The notes under the pieces were generated by a model. That model saw only the letters and a program-made list of their open reading frames with translations, was not told where the DNA came from and did no database searches. From Euglena gracilis (taxonomy: Eukaryota), in the NCBI GenBank assembly GCA_039621445.1, contig CP154954.1:9054634-9118633 (forward strand): a DNA stretch of 64,000 nucleotides. Direction: 5' to 3'. Positions within the stretch are counted from its first letter, which is position 1, and each line of letters begins with the position of its first letter. Below, one piece after another: positions 19,209 through 29,622 of this stretch. Position numbers and translations under genes: made by a program.

Positions 19209-20581
19209 CCCCCCCCCCTAGTCGTACGACCACCCCTCATTTACGACCCCCCCCGGTCACAGGTTGCAGGTCATGGGGGTGTTATGACCACCCCCCCGGT
19301 CACAGGTTGCAGGTTGCGAAAAACTTAACACCACCTTACCTATGACCACCACCTCATTTACGACCAACCCCGGTCACAGGTTGCAGGTTATGGGGGTGTT
19401 ATGACCCCCCCCCCGGTCACAGGTTCAAGGTTGACGGCTTTTTTTTTGAAACAAAAAAACATGTTTTTTTAAAAAAAAATATGTTTTTTTTAAAAAAAAA
19501 CAAAAAAAAACGTCATGGAGGAGGGTTTGGGGGAAAATTTTTTGCAATGTTTTTTTTTGGGAAAAGTGCATTTTTTATCTCAACAACATTCATTTTTTTT
19601 GGTTGAAAGCATGATTTTTTTGCACCAGAAAACACAGATTTGGAAATACTTTCACACATTTGGAAAAAAAACTTCACAAGGGGTGTTCCCCCCATGACCC
19701 CCCTCCCCCAACCCGACCTAAGACCCGTTTCGGCCATTTTTTCTGAAAAAACTTGGCCGGTGATGCCTAATTTGACAAAATATTCCGGTAGATTTCCTAA
19801 TTTTCGTTTGGGGGATTCCTATTTTGGAGCCTAAAAAGGATTTTTTCCCAAAAATTCGTTTTCGGTGATTTCTAATCTGGCCACCGAAAATGTGACACCC
19901 CCCTCGTGACCCCCCCATACATCTCTCTAAGGTTTTGCGAACCCCCCCCCGGGGGGGGGCGGCTGCAGCCAGCCCCGATTTGGGCCCAGCCCAGCCGCAG
20001 CAGCACCCCCCCCCCGGGGGGGGGTGCTGCTAGCCCAGCTGTCCAGCCCAAATTTTTCGGCGCAAAGCGCCGAAATTTTCTGAAAAACTGTGTTCAAAAG
20101 TGGCCAAAAATGGGGTTTGGGGGGCGTTTGGGGCATTTTTGGGGGGTTTCAGATGCATCATTTTTTCAAAACTGTGTTCTGCAGGTCATTTTTGGGCATT
20201 TTTCCGATTTCAGTCCAGCTCGCCCCGGTTCGGGTCCAGCCGGGGTCCAGCCCCCCCCCCCCCCGGGGGGGGGGGGGGGCGGGCTAGCCAGCCCAAATTT
20301 CTAGCCAGCCCAAATTTCTAGCCCTAGCCCAGCAACCCCCCCCCCGGGGTCCTTACAGAGATGTATGCCCCCCCCTGTGACCCCCTCGTGACCCGAACCA
20401 CCCGCGAAAAATTTTCTTCAAAAAAATGGTCATTTCGCAAGGAAAAAGGTCAATTTTTGCTTTTTCAAAAAAAACATGTTTTTTTGTGTTTTTTTTTAAA
20501 AAAAACATGTTTTTTTTGCTTTTTTAAAAAAACGTCAACCCTGCACAGGTTGCAGGAACCTGGTCATATGACTAGGGGGGG
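19209..20581. mobile_element. TA-flanked (Tc1/mariner-type) MITE with nested inserts
   Basis: TA|C(n)TAGTCGTACGACC ... GGTCATATGACTAG(n)|TA, with subterminal GGTCACAGGTTGCAGGT repeats. Same family as 26644-26877. Confidence 0.65.
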
Positions 20582-22671
20582 TAGTCTTTTTTTGAATTGG
20601 GCCAAATTTTGACAAATTGCCCTGTTTCTCTGTGTTCAGGATAGCAAATCCCCTTTTGGGCCAAAGGGTCGGTGGGCTTTATCTTTCTTCACCCCTGTTC
20701 ATCTGCCGCCTTTGGGTTTCCTTCTGTGTGCCAAGGTACAGCAGGGCCATGTGCAAACCCTACCCCCAGGGTTGGATGGGCAGCCCTTCGGTATTGAGGT
20801 TGGTGGTAGGGGGGGGGTCGCTGAGCTCTTATCCCTTTATGGGTAAGAGCGAAGCTCACCCCTGGGGGAAAACCCCCCCGAACCCCTCCCCCCCCTCGGG
20901 GCCACCTCGGGAACCGGCGGATTATCACCATGATCCCGGCCCGTTCCCGAAATTTTTTTTTCAGTTGCGAGCGACTGGATTTCTAGTTTCCGAATCACCT
21001 GGGTTTGACCCCCAACTCCCCGCCAGGCCCGAGTTATTCACGCACGAAGGGGTCCAAACTGGGTAGGATCGGCCAGCCCCCCTTTTTAAGCCCCCCCCCC
21101 ACCTGCCATTTCTCTGCCATTTCGGCCAAAAAAAATGTCAATTTTCAAAATATCTCCAAAATGAAGCAAAATCAAAGGAAATGTCCGGAGACCTAATTTG
21201 AAGCCCTTGGAACGCCCCATCTACTGGTATTTTGATTTCCCCGCAACTCCCCGCCTAGCCCAAGATACGGCCGGCGCAGATGGCCGTTTTGTACACTTTT
21301 CCCACTGTTCGACCAAGTCGTTTTCGGGGGGTGGGGGGTCAAAAAATCGATGTTTTCAACATTCCTCAAAAATGATGCAAAATCAAAGGATATGTCTGGA
21401 GACCTAAATTGAAGCCCTTGGAACGCTCTATCAACTGGGATTTGGTTTCCCCGCAGCTCACCGCCCAGCCCGAGATACGGGCGTTTTTTGGCCAATTTAG
21501 GCCATTTTGTACACTTTTCCCACTGTTCGACTTACCACCCCCCCCCTTTATTGTCCCTGGGCCCCGGCCGACGGGGGTTTTTTTTGGCCCGGCCAATGAA
21601 ATTCCTTTGGTACCCCTTTATTGTCCCCCCCCCCTTTATTGTCCGGTCGGGCCTCCCGGGGGCAGGTCGGTGGGACAATAAAGGGTGGGGGGGGGTGGTA
21701 GCCGTTTTCGGCCAAAAAAGTCGAAATTTTTTTTGCCCGAAACGATGTTTTTTTAGCCTCCCGGACCCAGAAAAACTGTTTTTGAGCCGAAAACGAGCGT
21801 TTTCCGACCCGCCAGCGCCCCGTTTTGGGCTGCCAACCCATTGACTTTGGGTCAAAACCGGGTCAAAAAAGTGGAAAAAAGTCGAAAAAATTTTTTTTGC
21901 CCGACGCGATGTTTTTGGGCCTCCCGGACCCCAAAAAAAATGTTCAAAAAATTTCAAAAAATGAGTATTTTTGGATCAATTTTCAAAGAAAAATCAGGGA
22001 AAAGAAAAATTGACCGATTTCGACCCGATTTCCGGCCTTTTGCCCGTCCGTGAAATCGAAAAATTTTCGCCCCCCCCCCCCCTCAGTTTCGAGGTAGGAG
22101 GGGGGGTCCGACCCACCCCCCCCCCCCTCAAGGCTTCCCATCCATCCCTGCCTACCCCAGAAATAATTAATTTTTTAGGTAATTTAAGTAATTATTTCTG
22201 TATGTGCGAAATGGGATTTTTCTCGATTTTCGGTATCTTTCTGGTGATACGTTGGTTTTTGAGGGTGGGTGGGCGAGGGCCGCTGGACCTGTTGTTCCAA
22301 AGTTCCAACAGGTCGGTCCGACCTCAGGTTGGCTGGCGGGCAGACCAGGCCAGGGCGTCGCTAAAGCCGAAGGGGACCCCATCCCCCAGGGGGTTCCTCC
22401 CAGCCAGTCTTTTTCCATCCCCGGACCCCCATCCCCCACCCCATCGACGAGAATATTTTCCAGCCTCTGAGCTGGACCCCCTTGGGGAGTCGCAAAGCAA
22501 CGCGGGGGGGGGGGTTGATGCAGGGCATCCTCATTGACCACGAGTGGTCAGCCCAACCACCAAAACCGCCACGGCCAAAAATCCACCCAGGGTGCTCTGA
22601 GACACCCCAGCCTGTCCTCCATTTCCTTGTCTTCTTACCTGGCATTGAAAACGGGCCGAAATTCTTCCACT

Positions 22672-22744
22672 GGTCTTGATTCCACTTGTGTTTGTGATCC
22701 TCAGACTGTGGTCACGCCCTTTGATCCTGGCCATCATTTGCCAG
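22672..22744 (+). CDS. Exon 2 of the four-TM protein (LVLIPLVFVILRLWSRPLILAIICQ)
   Basis: Completes TM2, supplies the basic loop and starts TM3. Both flanks pair with distant intron ends and the frame is preserved. Confidence 0.85.
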
Positions 22745-25700
22745 GTCCAGGCATTTTCTGAAGTCAGGATGTCCCACCCGCCATTGGCAGCACTTTCTCT
22801 GTGCGGATTTCCACGGATCCTCACTGGGTGGGGCGCAAGGTTGACATTTTTTTTAAAAAGAAAGCAAAAAAAGGTTTTTTTCCCAAAAGAAAACACACCA
22901 AAAAGCAAAATGCAAAAATGAAAAATTTCCATTTGAATGCATTTGAAAATGCAAAAATTGTTTGTTTTTTTCCGTTGAAGAACGCCAATCAAAAAAAAAC
23001 CCCTCAAAAATGTGTTTTTTTTTGGAAATTGACAAAAAAATGCTTTTTTGGTCAAATTGGGGAAATTCGCCATTTAGGTCAGTGGATTTCCATTCAGGGG
23101 CCCATTTCGGTCAGTCGATTTCCAAGACACTGAAATCTGTTGTTGGTAAGATTCGGAATTTTAGTGAAATTTTGGATTTCCACCTTTTTTCGACATTATT
23201 TTGTTTCGTGCGGGGTTATGGAAGCGTTTTGGACCAGACAATGGCTAAATCTTGCAGTCAGATGGCCCCAAGCGGATTTCCGGTGGTTGTCCTTGTGGTG
23301 GTCGGCCCGACCTTGTCGACTTGTGGTGGTCGGCCCGACCACCATTTTTTTGCACTACCCCCCCCCTTCTGGAGATTTAAGCCCCCCCCTGAAAAACTTT
23401 TGTCCAAATCACCCCAACACCAGTCAAAACCCACTTAAATGGCTCCAGAACCCCCCAATCGGGGATGAATATGCAAAAACTTGGGGGGAAAATGCCCATT
23501 TTGGGCCACTTTTGGCAAAAGAACACTTCTCCCCATCGGATTTTCAATATAATTGCAAAATTCTGCACAGAAAGGATTTATCCCTCCAAGTATGTTGCCA
23601 ACATTAGGGGATTTTGTTATCTGAGGGGGGGGGGTTGGGGGGGGGCGGAGCCCCCCCGCCTATGCCAAAGTGAGCCACAAAAACGATTTGGCCCCCGAGT
23701 ATGTTGCCAACTCGGAAGGGATTTTGTTATTTGAGGTTTGGATGGGGGTCGAGGGAGGAGTTTCCTGCCTCTCGTGATGCAGAGCAGGGAATTTCTTAAG
23801 CCGGAGGGTACCCTACCCCCCGGGGGGGTCCAGCCAGCCAGCAGCTCAAATCCAGCCAGCAGCCAAATTCGGGCTGGGAGCCCCCCCCCCCGGGGGGGGT
23901 CGAGTGAAATAAAGTTGGGTCCAGCCCGGCCGGGCCAGCCGGCCGCAGACTGGCCAGCCAACTGGGCTGCCCAGCTCACTCATCCTTGCATTTTTTCCCC
24001 CTCATCACAGCCCCTCCATCACAGCCCCCCCAGCCTTGATCTAGCTCCCCATCAAAACGTCGAAAATGGCAAAAATGTGTTAGAAAATTTTGTTTTTTCT
24101 CGACCCAGCCCAGCCCAGCCCCCTCCAGCCCCGGACCCCACCACTCCCCCCCCCCCCCCACCCCCCCCCCCGGGGGGGGTCCAGCCAGCAGCTCAAATCC
24201 AGCCAGCAGCCTTTTTGCCAGCCGGAGGCTGGACCCCCCCGCAAACGAGGCGGTGGCTAGTCGGTGGTCATAAAAATGGTCTGTGGCGGGCCCAAATCAC
24301 CCGGAAATGGTCCGGATGGGTCCAAATAAATGTCTTACACCAACATAAACACCCCCAGATGGAAATCTTTGGTCGGTGGGGGTCGGTGGGCCCTTGATGA
24401 GGGGTAAAAAACCAATGATGAAACAGGGATTACATGAAAATCCTTTAGAAATGCAAGGATTCTGCATCAGGGAATTTCTTAAGGATTTTCTTCACTTAAA
24501 TGTCGGCGGTACTGACCCGTTAGTACATTAGAGTGGGTAGTCGGTAGTAGCCGACCACCCAATACCCCCCCCACCCCGTCTCGCCGACTAGCTCCCGACC
24601 TTTAGTCGGCCGACCCCCCCCCCCCCCCCCCAGTCTACCGCCATGCGCCCCGAAGGCCGCCTGGCCGAAGGCCGCGCAGCGGCCGAAGGCCGCTGCAATT
24701 CAGAACCTGATCAGTTGACAATGTTATTTAAAGGCGTAGGGTTAGGGTCAAGTTTCCATTCCTAACTGTCCCATCCCATCCCCTCAACGTCGTTCAATTG
24801 GTGTCTGCAGGGGACCCAGCGAACCCAAAGAAGCGCCCAACTAGGGTTAAAAACATTGGGGGACCCGAGCGAGGCGCCGAAGGCGCAGAGAGCGGGTCCC
24901 CCAATGTGTATTAACCCTAGTTGGGCGCCTCTTTGGGGTTGCTGGTCCCCTGCAGGCACCAATTTATCACGCATCAGTCACCGACCCCTCAACTGGTCGA
25001 TCGACCCTTCAACTAGTTGGTGGTGGGCTGGAGGGGGGGCTGGCTAGTCGGCTGACTAGCCAATTGGTCGGCCGACCGACCACGCGAATTGGTCGGTCGG
25101 TCGGCCTACAGCGAGTCGGCGAGACAGGGGGGGGAGCCAGTTGGCCGACTAGTCGGCGAAATACCCACTCTAATGTGCTGGTGAGTCAACCGCCGACTTT
25201 TAAGCCCCCCCCATGAAAAAAAACTTCCGATGGGGGTGGAGGGGGGAGTTTTCTGCCTCTCGTAAGAGTCATGGCCAGTTCCCCCCCCCCCAGGACCCCC
25301 CAGGACCCACCGGGGGGCGGTACCCACTTCAAAGTAACCTGAACTTGTGCTGCAAAATTTCTGCCAAAAAGTTGCGGGACCCACCCAGGACCCCCCCCCA
25401 GGACCGCCCCAGGACAGGGTCCTGGGGGGGGGGGAACTGGCCACAAGTGCATTTCCGGGTGACTTGGGCCCGCCACAGACCATTTTTATGACCACCGACC
25501 AGGGGGGGGGGGGGCCTTAAAAGTTCAAAAAGGGGGGGGGTATTGCGGGAAAATGGTGGTCGGCCCGACCACCACGACGGCGACCACCGGAAATCCGCAC
25601 GGAGCCAGATGTCACAACTGGCTAACAGGCCGAAGTTAGGATGTCCGTTTCATTTTCTGGAACTTCAGAATAAGCATTCTGTACAATTTGGCCAGATTCC

Positions 25701-26643
25701 GTTGTCATCGCTGGACGCCTGATCAGGCTGTATTTTAGTCGGGTGCCGACCCCACCCAGGGGTGGGGGGTGCCTGCCTGCGCAGGCACAACCCCGGAGCG
25801 GGGAGCCAAAAATAGCCTGTTTTCAAAGGAATGTGCCTGGGCACAGGCCGAAATCCGACCCCCCCCCCTGGGGGGGTAGTGCCTGCCTGGGCAGGCACTC
25901 CGACCCCCCTCCCCCCCCCCGGGGTTGCTAAAAAGCAGCCTGCGCCTGATGAGAAGCTTTCGATCGGGGGTGTTTTGGCAACTGTTAAAACTCATTTCCA
26001 TAGCCCGACGCCTGTCTTGAAATTCCACTGACATCAACGGATTTCAGGCTGAAATTGTTTATGTTGATCGCTTTCCAAGACGGCGCCCATTTATGTCGTT
26101 TGATCAATTGATTGGCTTCGATTTCAGCAGAGGGCGCCGGGCGGCTTGCTTCGCTCGCTCGCACCCGGAGCCCCTGCTGAAACCGTTGGTGTCGGTCGAT
26201 TTTTGGATGGATACAATCCCGATCGTCTAAATTCAGGAATTTCATCTTCATTGGTCAAGGAATTGGGGAAATCTGGATATTGCCAAAAAGGCACAAAATT
26301 GAAAAAAAACGGCGTTCTTAAAAATGAAAACAAGAAAGGTTGGTCGATTCCCAAGGCATCGGAATCCGTTTACGTCAGTTGATTTCCATTCAGGCGGCTG
26401 TTAATGGGCCAAAAAACCACTTTTTTGGCTATAGTTCCGTCCAGGCGGTTCGGTCGAATGAAATTCAAGAATCAGGCCCAGACAAAATAGCAGGGGCGCC
26501 CGGCGCCCCTGCTGAATCTGTTAGTGTTGGTCGATTTTTTGTATAAAAATCTATTTTGTCTGGGCTCGATGCCTGCCTTGAATTTTGTTTGACCGAACCG
26601 CCTGGACGGAATTATAGCCAAAAAAGTGGTTTTTGGCCCATTA

Positions 26644-26877
26644 CCCCCCCCCCCCAGTCGTATGACCACCCCTCATTTATGACCACCCCCCGGTCACAGG
26701 TTGCAGGTCATGGGGGTGTTATGACCCCCCCCCCCCGGTCACAGGTTGCAGGTTGCGAAAAATTTAACACCACCTTACCTACGACCGCCCCCTCGTTTTG
26801 ACCACCCCCCGGTCACAGGTTGCAGGTTATGGGGGTGCAGGTTGCAGGAACCCGGTCATACGACTAGGGGGGGGGGG
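26644..26877. mobile_element. TA-flanked MITE inserted in one arm of a larger foldback element (about 26200-27040)
   Basis: TA duplicated at 26642-26643 and 26878-26879. The reconstructed empty site GGCCCATTAACAGCCGCCTG is the reverse complement of the other arm at 26391-26410. Confidence 0.8.
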
Positions 26878-27056
26878 TAACAGCCGCCTGCCTGAATGGA
26901 AATCGACTGACCTAAACGGATTCCGATGTCTTTGAAATTGACCAACCTTTTTATGACGTTTTGTTCCATTTTTGGCAACATCTAGATTTCCCCAAATTCT
27001 TGACCAACGAAACTGAAATTTCTGATTTTATTTTAATTTAAGACTGAATTTTGTTC

Positions 27057-27338
27057 GGCAGCCCGAAACTACTGGGCCCCCCCCCCGGGGGGGGCCCAAT
27101 AGTTAATCCGGGGGGTCAAAATAGTTTTTTTGTGTTAATGGTGGAATAGGGTTAGGTGCGACTTAGGGTTAGGGTTAGGCCTAACTTATAGACGGGTGTT
27201 CGGTGTACAAGTTAGGCCCAACCCTAAGCCTAAGTCGCGCACCTAACCCTATTCCATCATTAACGCAAAAAAATTACCTTGACCCCCCGGATTAACTACT
27301 GGGCCCCCCCCGGGGGGGGGCAGTAGTTTCGGGCTGCC
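27057..27338. mobile_element. Foldback MITE with GG..CC termini, 8-bp TSD and telomere-like repeats
   Basis: TIR GGCAGCCCGAAACTACTG. TSD TTTTGTTC at 27049-27056 and 27339-27346. Internal TTAGGG and CCCTAA arms. Confidence 0.85.
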
Positions 27339-27390
27339 TTTTGTTCATCCCAATGGTCAAGGGGTTGTTGCTCAGAAAGGGCCTGGCCGG

Positions 27391-27576
27391 GTGTTCATCA
27401 TCATGGTACCTGCCTCCTGCATCTGCTCCTATTCTGTCTTCATCGCGTATGCCGAAATGACCTGCCACGCCAATAGTATTTTCCCAACGCATGGCTACTC
27501 TTATGGGTTCATCCTGCTTGTCTTCTCCTCTGCCCTTTCGCTTGGAGCCACTGCGACTGGCTTTTTGGGCATCAGG
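27391..27576 (+). CDS. Exon 3 of the four-TM protein (TM3 and TM4)
   Basis: VFIIMVPASCICSYSVFIAY..HGYSYGFILLVFSSALSLGATATGFLGIR. GYSY before TM4 is typical of claudin-like tetraspan proteins. Confidence 0.85.
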
Positions 27577-27799
27577 GATCAGGGAATTAGACAGCATTAA
27601 GGTGCTGCACAGGCCTTTTTTTTGCTCGGCATGCATCTCAGAACATTTTGTTCTGCTGTTGTGTTTTTTTGAGAATTCAAAAATCAATAATTCAAGAATT
27701 TATATTCCCACTTTTTTTTAAAAGGTTGCTTAAATATATTTTTTAAATATTTTTTTTGATTGAGCTCACTAATTGCCAGTTGTCCAGCACCCTGTTGCC
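27577..27799 (+). other. Nonconventional intron 3 (223 nt; an in-frame alternative donor at 27571 is possible)
   Basis: GAT-CAGGG pairs with CCCTG-TTGCC|AAG (CAG +4..+6, CTG -8..-6), with further AATTAG/CTAATT pairing. Confidence 0.75.
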
Positions 27800-27964
27800 A
27801 AGCTGAAGAAGTACCAGCTGCTTGATCTCGATGTGAAGGAGAAGGAGTTCTACGTGGATGGGCAGGAGGTCCCGTTTGACGGGGTGTACGAGGAGTACAA
27901 CCCGCATGCTGCCCCGACCCCCGTTCCGACCACCGACTCTCCGCACCACGTGGTTCTCTACTGA
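27800..27964 (+). CDS. Exon 4 of the four-TM protein (cytoplasmic tail to stop)
   Basis: KLKKYQLLDLDVKEKEFYVDGQEVPFDGVYEEYNPHAAPTPVPTTDSPHHVVLY*, with GC3-rich codons like exon 1. Confidence 0.82.
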   Translation, partial: KLKKYQLLDLDVKEKEFYVDGQEVPFDGVYEEYNPHAAPTPVPTTDSPHHVVLY

Positions 27965-28084
27965 TCAGCTCTCCAGCCTGCTGCTCCACCCTGTGCTTGA
28001 CCAAGCCGCGGTGATGTGTCCTGTGAACGAGGAGTCTCTCAACTTTTGTGTTGTACCAAGAGCTCACGCCACACACTCAGGCGG

Positions 28085-28143
28085 CACGCGCACACACACG
28101 CACACGCACGCACGCACACACGCACACACACACACACACACAC

Positions 28144-28187
<44 letters not shown>
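28085..28187 (+). repeat. Compound (CA/CG)n(GA)n microsatellite downstream of the host stop codon
   Basis: Read directly from the sequence. Confidence 0.95.
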
Positions 28188-28189
<2 letters not shown>

Positions 28190-29218
28190 CACAAAGTCCA
28201 CAAACACACACACAGCACAAAGTCCACAAATACCAACCCAAAGTGCTCAGAAGAAAGAAGAGAAAAAAATGAAGATGGTTGGCGTTTCGTCCCTTGATTT
28301 AAATGCAAAGGAGGATTTGGACTTTTTTTGCGTGTTTTTGGGTCCTCGCCGTCCAGCTGCCGGCCGGACCTGGACCCCCCCCCTCCCCCAGGGGGGGATG
28401 TCCAGCCAGCACCTATTTCCCAGCTGGCGTGCAAGACCCCCTGGTCCTTGAAAAAGCCCCGGTGGCCCGGATTTTTTTGGGTTTGGCCAAAACCCATTGG
28501 TTTTGAGTCATCTTTGGCACAGTGGCCAGAGTGACCAACCCCCCCCCGGGTTGTTGGTGAGCAGTGGACTGACTGGTTTTTTGAAAGTGGACAGTGACCC
28601 CTTGGGGGGGTTACGAAGCAATGGCATGGTTGGAACCGGGCTGTATTTGGGTGCCGACCCCCACCCAGTGGGGGGGGGTGCCTGCCTGGGCAGGCACTCC
28701 AAATCCGACCCCCCTCCGGGGGGGAGGGCACTCGGCCAAAAGTGCCTACCAGCACTCCGGCGCGGAAGGCTCCGGAAGGCTCAAAAAATGCCTATTTTCA
28801 AGGAAAATGGCCTTTTTTCTGAGGAAAGTTCCTGGGCACAGGCCGAAATCCGACCCCCCCCCCCGGAGGGGAGTAGTGTCTGCCGGGTCCCAGAAAATTT
28901 GGAATCCTCACTTTTGGTTACCTGGAGCCTCCAGGGAGGCTCCCTGGAGGCTGGTTACCTGAGCCTCCCTGGAGCCTCCGGCAGGTAACCTCCTCGACAG
29001 GATTCCATTTTTGCGGTTGACCCGTGCCTGCCTGGGCAGGCACTCGAGGGCACCCCGGACCCCCAGCCAGGGGTTGGCTAAACAAACAGCCTGGTTGGAA
29101 CCCCACAAAGCACCAAGATTTTGGGTCCGCCGCACCCTCCCTCCCCAGGTGAAGGGGTGCCCCATTTGGTGGGGCGGGACTGGTCCTCCCACCAGGCTTT
29201 CCAGCGGACCCCCTGGGT

Positions 29219-29622
29219 CAGGGTTTGATATAAGGAGGGCGTACATGGTTTAGGTGGGGGGTGTCCCCCCCCCCACCCCCCCCCCCCTCCTGGCCGGCAG
29301 GGGGGGGGGTCCGGACCACCCCCCCCCCACCTGCCAGGGGGGCCCGGACCGACCCTCGGGGGGGGGGGGGGGGGTCCCCGGACCCCCCCCCAAAAAGGGA
29401 CAACTTCTTCCTCCGGTGCTTCGCGCCAAATTTTTTGCATTTTTGGCACATTTTTTGCCCAAAAAGTGCCCAAAATGGCATTTTTGGTCGTTTTGGGGGG
29501 TCAAAAATTCGGAAACCCAGACCGCGCAACTGTTTAGGTGGGGGGGGGTGTCCCCCCCCTCCTGGCCCGCGGGGGGGGGGGGGTCCGGACCACCCCCACA
29601 CCTGTCCTTATATCGAACCCTG
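29219..29622. mobile_element. hAT-like MITE (family of 18793-19133)
   Basis: TIRs CAGGGTTTGATATAAGGA and TCCTTATATCGAACCCTG. Perfect 8-bp TSD CCCTGGGT. Confidence 0.88.

Larger units (their letters stand above)
14379..22671 (+). other. Nonconventional intron 1 (8293 nt)
   Basis: Junctions CT|GAC and ACT|G fit Y|R...Y|R. AAGGGTTTCGGCTC from +4 pairs with GGGCCGAAATTCTT ending at -6 (14 bp including G-U pairs). No GT-AG. Confidence 0.82.
22745..27390 (+). other. Nonconventional (GT-starting, intermediate-type) intron 2 (4646 nt)
   Basis: GTC-CAGGCATTTTCTGA pairs with TCAGAAAGGGCCTG-GCCGG. CAG at +4..+6 and CTG at -8..-6. The 3' end is not AG. Confidence 0.85.

Noticed and set aside
20690-20760. 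LFICRLWVSFCVPR as an alternative exon 2
   Set aside because: No complementary intron-end pairing was found, whereas 22672-22744 satisfies both pairing and frame.
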